Assembly (NCBI GenBank): GCA_028293825.1
Contig: JAQGNY010000010.1
Location: 237,151 to 301,150, forward strand
Reading direction: 5' to 3'
Source: Verrucomicrobiaceae bacterium
Lineage (GTDB): Bacteria > Pseudomonadota > Gammaproteobacteria > Pseudomonadales > CAMLJR01
DNA: 64,000 nucleotides
The number at the start of each line of letters is the position of its first letter. The first letter of the stretch is position 1. The position numbers were made by a program, and so were the translations under genes. Below are positions 47,581-56,317 of the stretch, piece by piece. The notes under the pieces are model-generated. The model was not told where the DNA came from. It did not search any database and worked only from the letters and a program-made list of their open reading frames with translations.

Positions 47581-48032
47581 AATTCAGTGCCGAAGCATTA
47601 ATCATCAATCGGCCCGATTTGGTGCCGTCGGGACAGAAATTTACCGCGTGGGGCATCACGTTATTTTTCTGGGGCGCGCTGCTTTATTTGTGGCAGCCGT
47701 TGCTGAGCATCATCGCCTGGGGCCTGAATATTCATTTGTTTTACAACCACATGATTTTGCTCGGCGGCTACCGGACATTTTTAAGCCTGCTGGCGACTTA
47801 TCTCGAAATCATCGCGATGCTCGGCGGCGGTCTGATTTTTTGGGCGCGCACCAACCAATGGCGTTTTCGCGGGAAGGATCGGCGTCAAGGTCGCGGCGAT
47901 ACCGATGTCGCGCGCATGCGTGAAGAATTTGGCGTTTCTGCCGAGGCCTTCGAACAGGCACTGCAAAGTGCCATTGTTACCGTCAATTTTTCGGCGAATG
48001 GTGAAATCAATAAAATCGAGTGCCGTCAATAA
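47577..48032 (+). CDS. pgaD: PgaD-like small inner-membrane subunit of the PNAG synthase
   Basis: 151 aa with two TM helices then a cytoplasmic tail. The ATG overlaps the pgaC stop (ATGA) as in pgaCD operons. Sequence similarity to E. coli PgaD is architectural only. Confidence 0.72.
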   Translation: MKFSAEALIINRPDLVPSGQKFTAWGITLFFWGALLYLWQPLLSIIAWGLNIHLFYNHMILLGGYRTFLSLLATYLEIIAMLGGGLIFWARTNQWRFRGKDRRQGRGDTDVARMREEFGVSAEAFEQALQSAIVTVNFSANGEINKIECRQ

Positions 48033-48156
48033 TGTGTCGATGCGATTTACAGTGCCGTATCTGATTGATTTTGAAAAAATACCCAACTCCATGACACAGC
48101 ATGATTTTGTGAAATGGGTCTCACTTTTGCTTAGGTATGGCGAGTCTTAACTTTCT

Positions 48157-48807
48157 ATGGAATATCCAATGCTGCGTTTCGTATCTGCTCTGCTGTTGTT
48201 GTCCGCCTCTGCATTTGCGCCGGCTTATTCGGTATCTATCGAGCAAACCGTCGATAGTCGCGACAACCTGTACTACACCGATTGGGGTCATTGGTTTACG
48301 ACCGCAGCCGACAACGCGTTGGGCAATCCCGATTCGAACCCGGCCAGTTCGGTCGCGCAGAACGGCACGCCATTCAACTTTGCCGACTTCACCACACTCA
48401 GCATCAATGCGTCGGGCTCGGTGATCGACCATTTCGGCACGGCGACGGGACCGGATGGCGACACCTGCACGCCGAACTGCCTGTTCAACGATGGCTACTT
48501 CCGCAAATTGCCGGCGTATTCGCTGATCGGTATTTGGAGCAGCTCGGCCACTGAAATCGTTCCATTCGGCGACTGGAAAGATCTCACCAGCGGTTTAGGT
48601 TTGTTATTTATCGGCAGCCATTTAGACCTGACTATTCCCAGTTTCCCGTCGGCGTATTTGTTCCTCGCTGAAAACGACGGTGGCTTTGCCGATAACTTCG
48701 GTAAATACACTGTACAATTGGTGGCGAGTGTTCCAGAGCCGGGTTCGCTGGCATTGCTGGTCGTTGGTTTTGCGATGTTGATCGTGACGCGTCGCCGCGT
48801 TAAATAA
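48157..48807 (+). CDS. Secreted PEP-CTERM sorting-domain protein (possible lectin-like beta-sandwich)
   Basis: Signal peptide LLLLSASAFAPAYS and C-terminal VPEPGSLALLVVGFAMLIVTRRRVK, which is PEP + TM + basic tail. Confidence 0.85.
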   Translation: MEYPMLRFVSALLLLSASAFAPAYSVSIEQTVDSRDNLYYTDWGHWFTTAADNALGNPDSNPASSVAQNGTPFNFADFTTLSINASGSVIDHFGTATGPDGDTCTPNCLFNDGYFRKLPAYSLIGIWSSSATEIVPFGDWKDLTSGLGLLFIGSHLDLTIPSFPSAYLFLAENDGGFADNFGKYTVQLVASVPEPGSLALLVVGFAMLIVTRRRVK

Positions 48808-48844
48808 GTAACTAAGAACTGAATAAGTAAGAAGCAAGATTCAG

Positions 48845-48874
48845 AAAAAAAAGCCGCCGCGAGGCGGCTTTTTT
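48845..48874. terminator. Bidirectional rho-independent terminator
   Basis: A-run, stem AGCCGCC/GGCGGCT with loop GCGA, then a T-run. It overlaps the stop of the convergent LysR gene. Confidence 0.8.
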
Positions 48875-49778
48875 ATTGGACGCCACTATTAATCTCGATA
48901 CGATTTCGATCGCCATCTTCGAGCAGCAACTTTAAAAAGGCATTCGCTGCGTTCGACAAGCTGCGCTCGCGATGCATGACCACACCGAGATTACGACTCA
49001 TCTTCTGTCCTGTTAATGTCAGCCCGCACAGGCTGTCGTCGATCAGCGTTTTCGGCAACACGCTCCAGCCCAATCCAATCGATACCATGACTTTTATCGT
49101 TTCCAAATAATTGGTCGACATTGATACATCGAGCGGCAATTTTTGTTGTTCGAATAATGTTTTGATGATGCGGCCGGTATACGTATTTAAGCCGGGAAGA
49201 ATCGCCCGATATTGACTGAGCGTGCGCGCGCTAACGCGCTGCTGATCGGCCAGTGGATGCTGGCGCGAGACGGTGACGACCAGTTCGTCCTTCCAAATCG
49301 GAATTTGCTGCAGTGCCGGTTTTGCTTCCGGCGCCAGCGTAATCACACCCAGTTCCACCTCACCCAACAACACACGCTCGTACGCTTCTTCGGAATCGAG
49401 AAAATCGATATCGAGCCGCACCTCGGGATATTGCTCGGTGAATTGTTGCAATACCGGCGGCAATCGATGCAAACCCATGTGATGGCTGATGCCCATTGTC
49501 AGTAATCCGGTCACGCCGCCGCGCAAATCTTGAATGTGCCGCTTCGCAGCGCGGATCGCCTGCAGCACCGATTGTGCGTGTGGTAAGAGCGTGCGGCCGG
49601 CTTCGGTCAGCGTGATTTGCCGCGCGGCGCGATCGAACAGGCTGCAATCGAGCTGGCTTTCCAGCAGCGCGATACGCTTGCTGATCGCCGGTTGGGTCAG
49701 GTGCATTTGCTCGGCAGCGGCGGAAAAGGAACCGTTTTCAGCAACCGCTGCGAACGCTTGAAGAAGCTGCGTATCCAT
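48873..49778 (-). CDS. LysR-family transcriptional regulator (divergent from leuC)
   Basis: N-terminal HTH FSAAAEQMHLTQPAISKRIALLE and a LysR substrate-binding domain. Confidence 0.9.
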   Translation of the reverse strand: MDTQLLQAFAAVAENGSFSAAAEQMHLTQPAISKRIALLESQLDCSLFDRAARQITLTEAGRTLLPHAQSVLQAIRAAKRHIQDLRGGVTGLLTMGISHHMGLHRLPPVLQQFTEQYPEVRLDIDFLDSEEAYERVLLGEVELGVITLAPEAKPALQQIPIWKDELVVTVSRQHPLADQQRVSARTLSQYRAILPGLNTYTGRIIKTLFEQQKLPLDVSMSTNYLETIKVMVSIGLGWSVLPKTLIDDSLCGLTLTGQKMSRNLGVVMHRERSLSNAANAFLKLLLEDGDRNRIEINSGVQ

Positions 49779-49954
49779 CGTCGTTGTATTCTCAAAAGGA
49801 ATCGTTTCTATAAAAAATATGAATTTGTTTTATTTGTCAATCGTTCTTAAACTGGCTGTCATCGATATTTGGTTTGAAGCGCGTAACCGATACACGCGCT
49901 TCTTCTCGCGCAATCGCCTGACAATTCGCACAGGCCAGTAGCTAAAGGTGTTTT

Positions 49955-51391
49955 ATGACCGGCAAAACGCTTTACGACAAATTATGGGATGCGCATTTGG
50001 TGAAAATGCGCGACGACGGCACTGGCTTGATTTATATCGACCGCCATTTGCTGCACGAAGTGACTTCGCCGCAGGCGTTTGAAGGCTTGCGTCTGGCCGG
50101 TCGCAAACCGTGGCGTATCAGCGCCAATGTGGCGACACCCGATCACAATGTGCCTTCCGAAACCGTCGAGCGCAGCGCGGGGGTGGCGGGTATTGTCGAT
50201 GAAGTGTCGCGCATTCAGGTGCAAACACTCGATGAAAACTGCGATGACTTCGGCATCAAGGAATTCAAGATCAATGATGTCAACCAAGGCATCGTGCATG
50301 TAATCGGCCCAGAACAGGGTTTGACGTTGCCGGGCATGACCGTGGTCTGCGGCGATTCGCACACAGCGACGCACGGTGCGCTCGGTGCACTCGCGCACGG
50401 TATCGGCACCTCGGAAGTCGAGCATGTGCTCGCGACGCAGTGTTTGATTCAGAAAAAATCGAAAAACTTTTTGGTGAAAGTCGACGGCAAACTCGGCCTC
50501 GGTATCACGCCGAAAGATGTCGTGTTGCATGTGATCGGCATTATCGGTACCGCCGGCGGCAATGGTTCGGCGATTGAATTCGGTGGCGAAGTATTTCGCG
50601 CGATGTCGATGGAAGGCCGCATGACCGTTTGCAATATGGCGATCGAAGCCGGTGCGCGCGTCGGTATGGTCGGCGTCGATCAGATCACGCTCGATTACGT
50701 AAAAGGCCGCCCGTATGCGCCGAAAGGCGCGCACTGGGATCAAGCCGTCGAATATTGGAAAACATTGCACAGCGATGCCGATGCCGTATTTGATCGCGTC
50801 GTCGAAATTAATGCGGCTGAAATTAAGCCGCAGGTCACCTGGGGCACATCGCCGGAAATGGTCGTCGCCATCGACGCTTTGGTGCCGACGCCTGAATCTT
50901 TCGGCAGCGTGGCGCAGCGTCAAGCCGCGCAACGTGCACTCGAATATATGGGTTTAGCGGGCGGCCAGCCGATCACGTCGATCAAACTCGATCGCGTATT
51001 TATTGGCTCCTGCACCAATTCACGCATCGAAGATTTGCGCGCTGCGGCTGCGGTTGTGAAAGGTAAAAAAGTCGCGACCACATTGACGCAGGCGTTGGTG
51101 GTTCCCGGTTCCGGTCAGGTCAAAGCGCAGGCGGAAGCGGAAGGGCTCGACAAAATATTTACCGAAGCTGGATTGGAGTGGCGCGCGCCGAGCTGCTCGA
51201 TGTGTTTGGCCATGAACGCCGACAAATTATTACCGGGCGAACATTGCGCGTCGACTTCTAACAGAAATTTCGAGGGGCGTCAGGGTTTCGGGGGGCGCAC
51301 GCATTTGGTCAGCCCGGCGATGGCCGCAGCTGCAGCTATCGCGGGTCACTTTGTTGATGTGAGAGAGATAGACGTGCGGGAGATCGTTTGA
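49955..51391 (+). CDS. leuC: 3-isopropylmalate dehydratase large subunit
   Basis: [42 protein letters not shown] aconitase-family motifs. Confidence 0.97.
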   Translation: MTGKTLYDKLWDAHLVKMRDDGTGLIYIDRHLLHEVTSPQAFEGLRLAGRKPWRISANVATPDHNVPSETVERSAGVAGIVDEVSRIQVQTLDENCDDFGIKEFKINDVNQGIVHVIGPEQGLTLPGMTVVCGDSHTATHGALGALAHGIGTSEVEHVLATQCLIQKKSKNFLVKVDGKLGLGITPKDVVLHVIGIIGTAGGNGSAIEFGGEVFRAMSMEGRMTVCNMAIEAGARVGMVGVDQITLDYVKGRPYAPKGAHWDQAVEYWKTLHSDADAVFDRVVEINAAEIKPQVTWGTSPEMVVAIDALVPTPESFGSVAQRQAAQRALEYMGLAGGQPITSIKLDRVFIGSCTNSRIEDLRAAAAVVKGKKVATTLTQALVVPGSGQVKAQAEAEGLDKIFTEAGLEWRAPSCSMCLAMNADKLLPGEHCASTSNRNFEGRQGFGGRTHLVSPAMAAAAAIAGHFVDVREIDVREIV

Positions 51392-51392
51392 A

Positions 51393-52040
51393 ATGAAAGC
51401 ATTTACCGTAGTGAAAGGTATCGCGGCGCCGATGGATTTAGCCAATGTCGACACCGACATGATTATTCCGAAGCAATTTTTAAAGTCGATTAAGCGCAGC
51501 GGCTTCGGCCCGAATTTATTCGACGCGTTGCGTTATCTCGACGAAGGTCAGCCGGGACAAGACACGAGCAACCGTCCGCTCAATCCGGAGTTTCCGCTGA
51601 ATTTCGCACGTTACAAAGGTGCGCAGGTTTTATTAGCGCGGGACAATTTCGGTTGCGGATCCAGTCGCGAACACGCGCCGTGGGCGTTGGAAGATTACGG
51701 GTTTCGCTGTGTGATCGCACCGAGCTTCGCCGATATCTTTTTCAACAATTGCTTTAAAAATGGTTTGTTGCCGATCGTGCTCGATGCGCAAATCGTCGAT
51801 CGTTTATTTCAGGCGATGTACGCGCAAGAAGGTTACGAGTTAACAATCGATTTGCCGGCGCAACAAATTATTACGCCCGCCGGTGAAAAAATTGGTTTCG
51901 ATGTCGGCGAATTCAGCAAGCATTGTTTAATTAACGGACTCGACGATATCGGTCTCACGCTGAAAGATGAAGCGGATATTCACACTTTTGAAAAGCGCTG
52001 GCAGCAACAAGCGCCTTGGTTGTTCGAAGCATTGAATTAA
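51393..52040 (+). CDS. leuD: 3-isopropylmalate dehydratase small subunit
   Basis: [27 protein letters not shown]. Confidence 0.97.
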   Translation: MKAFTVVKGIAAPMDLANVDTDMIIPKQFLKSIKRSGFGPNLFDALRYLDEGQPGQDTSNRPLNPEFPLNFARYKGAQVLLARDNFGCGSSREHAPWALEDYGFRCVIAPSFADIFFNNCFKNGLLPIVLDAQIVDRLFQAMYAQEGYELTIDLPAQQIITPAGEKIGFDVGEFSKHCLINGLDDIGLTLKDEADIHTFEKRWQQQAPWLFEALN

Positions 52041-52074
52041 TTAATTTCGCGAGTCGTCGCAAAGGTAAAATGCC

Positions 52075-52824
52075 ATGCAATGGAATTCCGCGCTGTATCA
52101 GGATAAACACGCTTTCGTTTTTAAATATGGCGAAGACGTAGTGCAGTTGCTGGCGCCGCAAGCCGGCGAGCGTATTCTCGATGTCGGTTGCGGCACTGGG
52201 CACCTCAGTAATGTAATTGCGCATACGGGCGCGAAGGTTGTTGGTATCGATAACTCGGCGGATATGATCGCCAGCGCAACCGCGAGTTTCCCCGGCGTTA
52301 CGTTCCAGGTTGCCGATGCAGCGGATTTTAATTTTTTCGAACTGTTCGATGCGATTTTTTCCAATGCTGCTTTGCATTGGGTGAGAGACGCCGAAGGCGC
52401 GGTAATTTGCATGAGTCGCGCGCTAAAATCGGGCGGCCGTTTCGTGGTGGAAATGGGCGGCAACGGTAATATCGAAAAACTGACGCGTGGCATCGGCGAC
52501 GCAGTGCGCGAAGTGGTTGGTGCCGAAGTCGATCACGGTCGTCACTATCCGAGTATTTCCGAATACACCACATTGCTTGAGCGTCACGGCATGGTCGTGA
52601 GCAACGCGTTGCTGTTCGATCGCCCGACTGTATTTGCCGACGGTGAGCTTGGTTTGCGCAATTGGATCAATCAATTCGAGCAGGCTGTGTTGAGAGATTT
52701 TTCAAGCGAGCAGCAAGTTGAAATTATTCGCGTTGCCGAGGGCAAATTGCGCGATCAATTATTTCGCGACGGCAATTGGGTGGCGGATTACAAGCGCCTG
52801 CGCATCGTTGCGCACAAGCGCTAA
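52075..52824 (+). CDS. Class I SAM-dependent methyltransferase (Tam/trans-aconitate methyltransferase-like)
   Basis: ILDVGCGTGHL motif I. The position between leuD and leuB matches Pseudomonas. Confidence 0.85.
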   Translation: MQWNSALYQDKHAFVFKYGEDVVQLLAPQAGERILDVGCGTGHLSNVIAHTGAKVVGIDNSADMIASATASFPGVTFQVADAADFNFFELFDAIFSNAALHWVRDAEGAVICMSRALKSGGRFVVEMGGNGNIEKLTRGIGDAVREVVGAEVDHGRHYPSISEYTTLLERHGMVVSNALLFDRPTVFADGELGLRNWINQFEQAVLRDFSSEQQVEIIRVAEGKLRDQLFRDGNWVADYKRLRIVAHKR

Positions 52825-52910
52825 ATTATTTAGCGATTGTTGCGCGCTCATTGTTATCGAAATTAGAAAGTTATCCGGTTGCGGCAGAAGAACATCAATG
52901 GAGAGCATAA

Positions 52911-53990
52911 ATGAGTAAAAAAATTCTGGTGATTTCCGGCGACGGCATCGGCCCGGAAATTACTGTCGAAGCGCGCAAAGTATTGGATGTGGTTAATGCT
53001 CGTTTCAATTTGGGTTTGGAATTCGATACCGCATTGATGGGCGGCGCTGCAATCGATGCCACTGGCGTGCCGCTGCCGCCGGAAACGTTGGAAAAAGCGC
53101 GCGCTTCGGCGGCGATTTTATTTGCAGCGCTCGGCGGTCCGAAGTGGGACAAGATTGATCGCGCGATTCGCCCGGAAAAAGGTTTGTTGCAGATTCGTTC
53201 GGCGCTGGATTTATTCGGCAATTTACGGCCGGCGATTTTGTATCCGCAATTGGCGGATGCATCGTCGTTGAAACCTGAAATCGTTGCCGGTCTCGATATT
53301 TTGATTGTGCGCGAATTAACCGGCGGTATTTATTTCGGCGAACCACGCGGCATTCGCGTTTTGGAAAATGGCGAGCGTGAGGGTTTCAATACCGATAAAT
53401 ATTCCGAGTCGGAAGTGCAGCGGGTCGGCCGTCTCGCTTTCGATTTGGCGCGTAAACGCGGTAAGAAGGTGTGCTCGATCGATAAAGCCAATGTCATGGA
53501 GTGCACGGTGCTGTGGCGCGAAGTGATGGAAGAAGTCGCGAAAGATTATCCCGATGTCGAACTCACTCATATGTACGTCGATAACGCTGCCATGCAATTG
53601 GTGCGCGCACCGAAACAATTCGATGTGTTGGTGACCGGTAATTTATTCGGCGACATTCTTTCCGATGAGGCGGCCATGCTGACCGGTTCGATCGGCATGT
53701 TGCCCTCGGCATCGTTAAATAGTTCGGGCCAGGGTATGTACGAGCCGTGCCACGGGTCAGCGCCGGATATAGCCGGACAAGGCAAAGCGAATCCGCTGGC
53801 GATGATTTTGTCGGCCGCGATGATGCTGCGTTATTCGTTGCATGCGAGCGAGGCCGCCGATGCCATCGAGAGCGCTATAGGTAAAGTGTTAGATCAAGGG
53901 TTGCGCACGCCGGATATTCATACGGCTGGAACCACGCTCGTGAATACGTCGCAGATGGGTGAGGCGGTTGCTAAGGCTTTACGCGTTTAA
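52911..53990 (+). CDS. leuB: 3-isopropylmalate dehydrogenase
   Basis: [54 protein letters not shown]. Confidence 0.97.
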   Translation: MSKKILVISGDGIGPEITVEARKVLDVVNARFNLGLEFDTALMGGAAIDATGVPLPPETLEKARASAAILFAALGGPKWDKIDRAIRPEKGLLQIRSALDLFGNLRPAILYPQLADASSLKPEIVAGLDILIVRELTGGIYFGEPRGIRVLENGEREGFNTDKYSESEVQRVGRLAFDLARKRGKKVCSIDKANVMECTVLWREVMEEVAKDYPDVELTHMYVDNAAMQLVRAPKQFDVLVTGNLFGDILSDEAAMLTGSIGMLPSASLNSSGQGMYEPCHGSAPDIAGQGKANPLAMILSAAMMLRYSLHASEAADAIESAIGKVLDQGLRTPDIHTAGTTLVNTSQMGEAVAKALRV

Positions 53991-54033
53991 TACGTGCGAT
54001 TGCGGATAAAGAATTTTAAATCAGGTGCTTGAA

Positions 54034-55140
54034 ATGAAAACAGTTGGCTTTGTAGGTTGGCGCGGTATGGTCGGCTCCGTTTTGATGGAGCGCATGCAGG
54101 CGGAAAATGATTTTGAAGGCATCGAGCCGGTGTTTTTTACTACATCGAATGTCGGCGGAGCCGGTCCTGCATTTGCGGGCGCTGCGCCGCTGAAAGATGC
54201 GAATTCGATCGACGAATTGAAAAAGCTCGACGTGATTATTTCTTGTCAGGGCGGCGACTACACCACGGAGATTTTTCCACGGTTGCGTCAAGCCGGCTGG
54301 CAGGGTTATTGGATCGACGCAGCATCGACATTGCGCATGGAAGACGACGCGATCATCGTGCTTGATCCGGTTAACGGCGATTTGATTCGCGCTGGCTTGA
54401 AACGCGGCGTGAAAAATTTCATCGGCGGCAATTGCACCAACAGTATTTTGTTGATGGGCGTAAATGGTTTGTTCCGCGAGGGTTTGGTCGACTGGGCTTC
54501 GTCGATGACCTATCAGGCGGCTTCCGGTGGTGGCGCCAATCACATGCGCGAACTGCTGAAAGGCATGGGCGTAATTCATGCCGCCGTCGCCGATCAATTG
54601 GCGACACCGTCATCGTCGATTATCGATATCGACCGCAAAGTAGCACAGACAATTCGCGAAGATGTGCCGCACGAGTTTTTCGATGCGCCGCTCGCGGGCG
54701 GCTTGATTCCTTGGATCGACAAACAGCTCGATAACGGTCAATCGAAAGAAGAGTGGAAAGGGCAGGCCGAGGTGAACAAGATTCTCGGCACACAGGCGAC
54801 AATTCCGGTCGATGGATTGTGTGTGCGCATCGGCGCGATGCGTTGCCACAGCTTGGCGCTGACGCTGAAATTGAAAAAAGATCTGCCGCTGGCGCAAATC
54901 GAGCAGTTGATTCAATCCAGTAATCCATGGGTGAAGTGGGTGCCGAATCAGCGCGAAATCACAGCGAAGGAATTAACGCCAGCCGCCATTACCGGCGGTT
55001 TGCAAATTGGAGTGGGTCGAGTGCGCAAACTTAACATGGGGCCTGAATATATCAGCGCCTTTGTAATTGGCGATCAATTATTGTGGGGCGCGGCCGAGCC
55101 GTTGCGTCGCATGCTGCGCATTTTGCGCGAAGCGCCTTGA
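54034..55140 (+). CDS. asd: Aspartate-semialdehyde dehydrogenase
   Basis: [21 protein letters not shown] and the active-site Cys in FIGGNCTNS. Long gamma-proteobacterial type. Confidence 0.96.
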   Translation: MKTVGFVGWRGMVGSVLMERMQAENDFEGIEPVFFTTSNVGGAGPAFAGAAPLKDANSIDELKKLDVIISCQGGDYTTEIFPRLRQAGWQGYWIDAASTLRMEDDAIIVLDPVNGDLIRAGLKRGVKNFIGGNCTNSILLMGVNGLFREGLVDWASSMTYQAASGGGANHMRELLKGMGVIHAAVADQLATPSSSIIDIDRKVAQTIREDVPHEFFDAPLAGGLIPWIDKQLDNGQSKEEWKGQAEVNKILGTQATIPVDGLCVRIGAMRCHSLALTLKLKKDLPLAQIEQLIQSSNPWVKWVPNQREITAKELTPAAITGGLQIGVGRVRKLNMGPEYISAFVIGDQLLWGAAEPLRRMLRILREAP

Positions 55141-55143
55141 TCG

Positions 55144-56193
55144 ATGAGCGCTAAACAATTTTCTATTGCAGTTGTGGGTGCGAGCGGTGCTGTGGGCGAA
55201 GCATTGCTCGCGGTGCTGTTCGAGCGTAATTTTCCGATCAAGAAAGTATATGCGGTGGCTCGCGGTGGCGAGAACGCCGATGGCGATGAAGATACCGTGT
55301 TATATGCCGAGCGGCCGGTGCTGGTCGAATCGATAGCCGAGTTTGATTTTTCCCTCTGCGAGTTGGCGTTTTTTTGTGCGCCGGCAGCGATTGCCAAAAA
55401 ATATGCACCGAAAGCGGTTAAGGCCGGTTGCTGGGTCATCGATGTGAGCCGGCAGTTTCGGCTCGACAAAAAAGTGCCGTTGGTAGTGCCGTCGGTTAAC
55501 GGGGCCGTTCTCGATGATTTCTCGAAAGCTAAGCCGCAGATTATCGCCAGTCCGGGCGCGCCGATTGTCCAACTTGCGTCCGTGCTAAAACCGCTGGCCG
55601 ATGGCTTCGGTTTGTCGAGCGTCGATGTCACCACCTTGCTGGCGGTTTCCGCCAAAGGCCGCGTTGGGTTAAGCGAGCTGGCAGGACAAACCGCACGCTT
55701 ACTTAATGCACAGGCAATCAATAACAAAACATTTCCCGCCCAGATCGCCTTCAATCTGATCCCCGCGTTTGACGCTCCCGGCGAAAGCGGCTATACCCTC
55801 GATGAGCAGGGTGGCATCGCAGAACTTATAAAAGTATTGCAGCAAGAACGACTCGAAGTTTCGCTCTCCGAAATTTTCGCACCGGTGTTTTATGGCCACA
55901 GTCAGGTGGTACGAGTGCGATTGGAAAAACCCGCATCCGTCACTGCCGCGAAAGATGCACTGCTCGCCGATGGTTCGATCGAATGGGTCGACGTTGCCGA
56001 GGGGCCGTTAACGCCAGTGGGGATCGGGTTGGGCAGCGACACTATTGCGCTCGGACGGATTTGTCAGAGTGGCAGCGAGAGTGGCGATAAAGGCAGCGGT
56101 TTAACGCTATGGACGGTGGCCGACAATATTCGAAAAGGTGCGGCAGTTAACGCAGTCGAAATTGCCGAAACCTTGCTAAAAAGCCACCTGTAA
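55144..56193 (+). CDS. usg: USG-1-type Asd paralogue (aspartate-semialdehyde dehydrogenase-like, nucleophile Cys absent)
   Basis: IAVVGASGAVGEALL Rossmann motif and APVFYGHSQVV. IIASPGAPIVQ replaces IIANPNCSTIQ. It lies downstream of asd and upstream of fimV/truA. Confidence 0.8.
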   Translation: MSAKQFSIAVVGASGAVGEALLAVLFERNFPIKKVYAVARGGENADGDEDTVLYAERPVLVESIAEFDFSLCELAFFCAPAAIAKKYAPKAVKAGCWVIDVSRQFRLDKKVPLVVPSVNGAVLDDFSKAKPQIIASPGAPIVQLASVLKPLADGFGLSSVDVTTLLAVSAKGRVGLSELAGQTARLLNAQAINNKTFPAQIAFNLIPAFDAPGESGYTLDEQGGIAELIKVLQQERLEVSLSEIFAPVFYGHSQVVRVRLEKPASVTAAKDALLADGSIEWVDVAEGPLTPVGIGLGSDTIALGRICQSGSESGDKGSGLTLWTVADNIRKGAAVNAVEIAETLLKSHL

Positions 56194-56317
56194 CTAATAC
56201 TTACGGCATTTACTAGAGAATCATTCTAGCTTTCGGACGCCGCTATTGAGCGCTCGACCTTTGGGGCGAGCGTTCGCTATCGGAAAATTTCTCAGCGAGA
56301 TTACAGGGTAGATTCAT

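Noticed and set aside
49982-50932. 316-aa minus-strand ORF
   Set aside because: It is antisense to leuC, whose plus-strand frame has all aconitase-family motifs.
54016-55754. 193-aa and 226-aa minus-strand ORFs opposite asd and usg
   Set aside because: They are antisense to two genes with strong homology-type evidence. Their composition is low-complexity.
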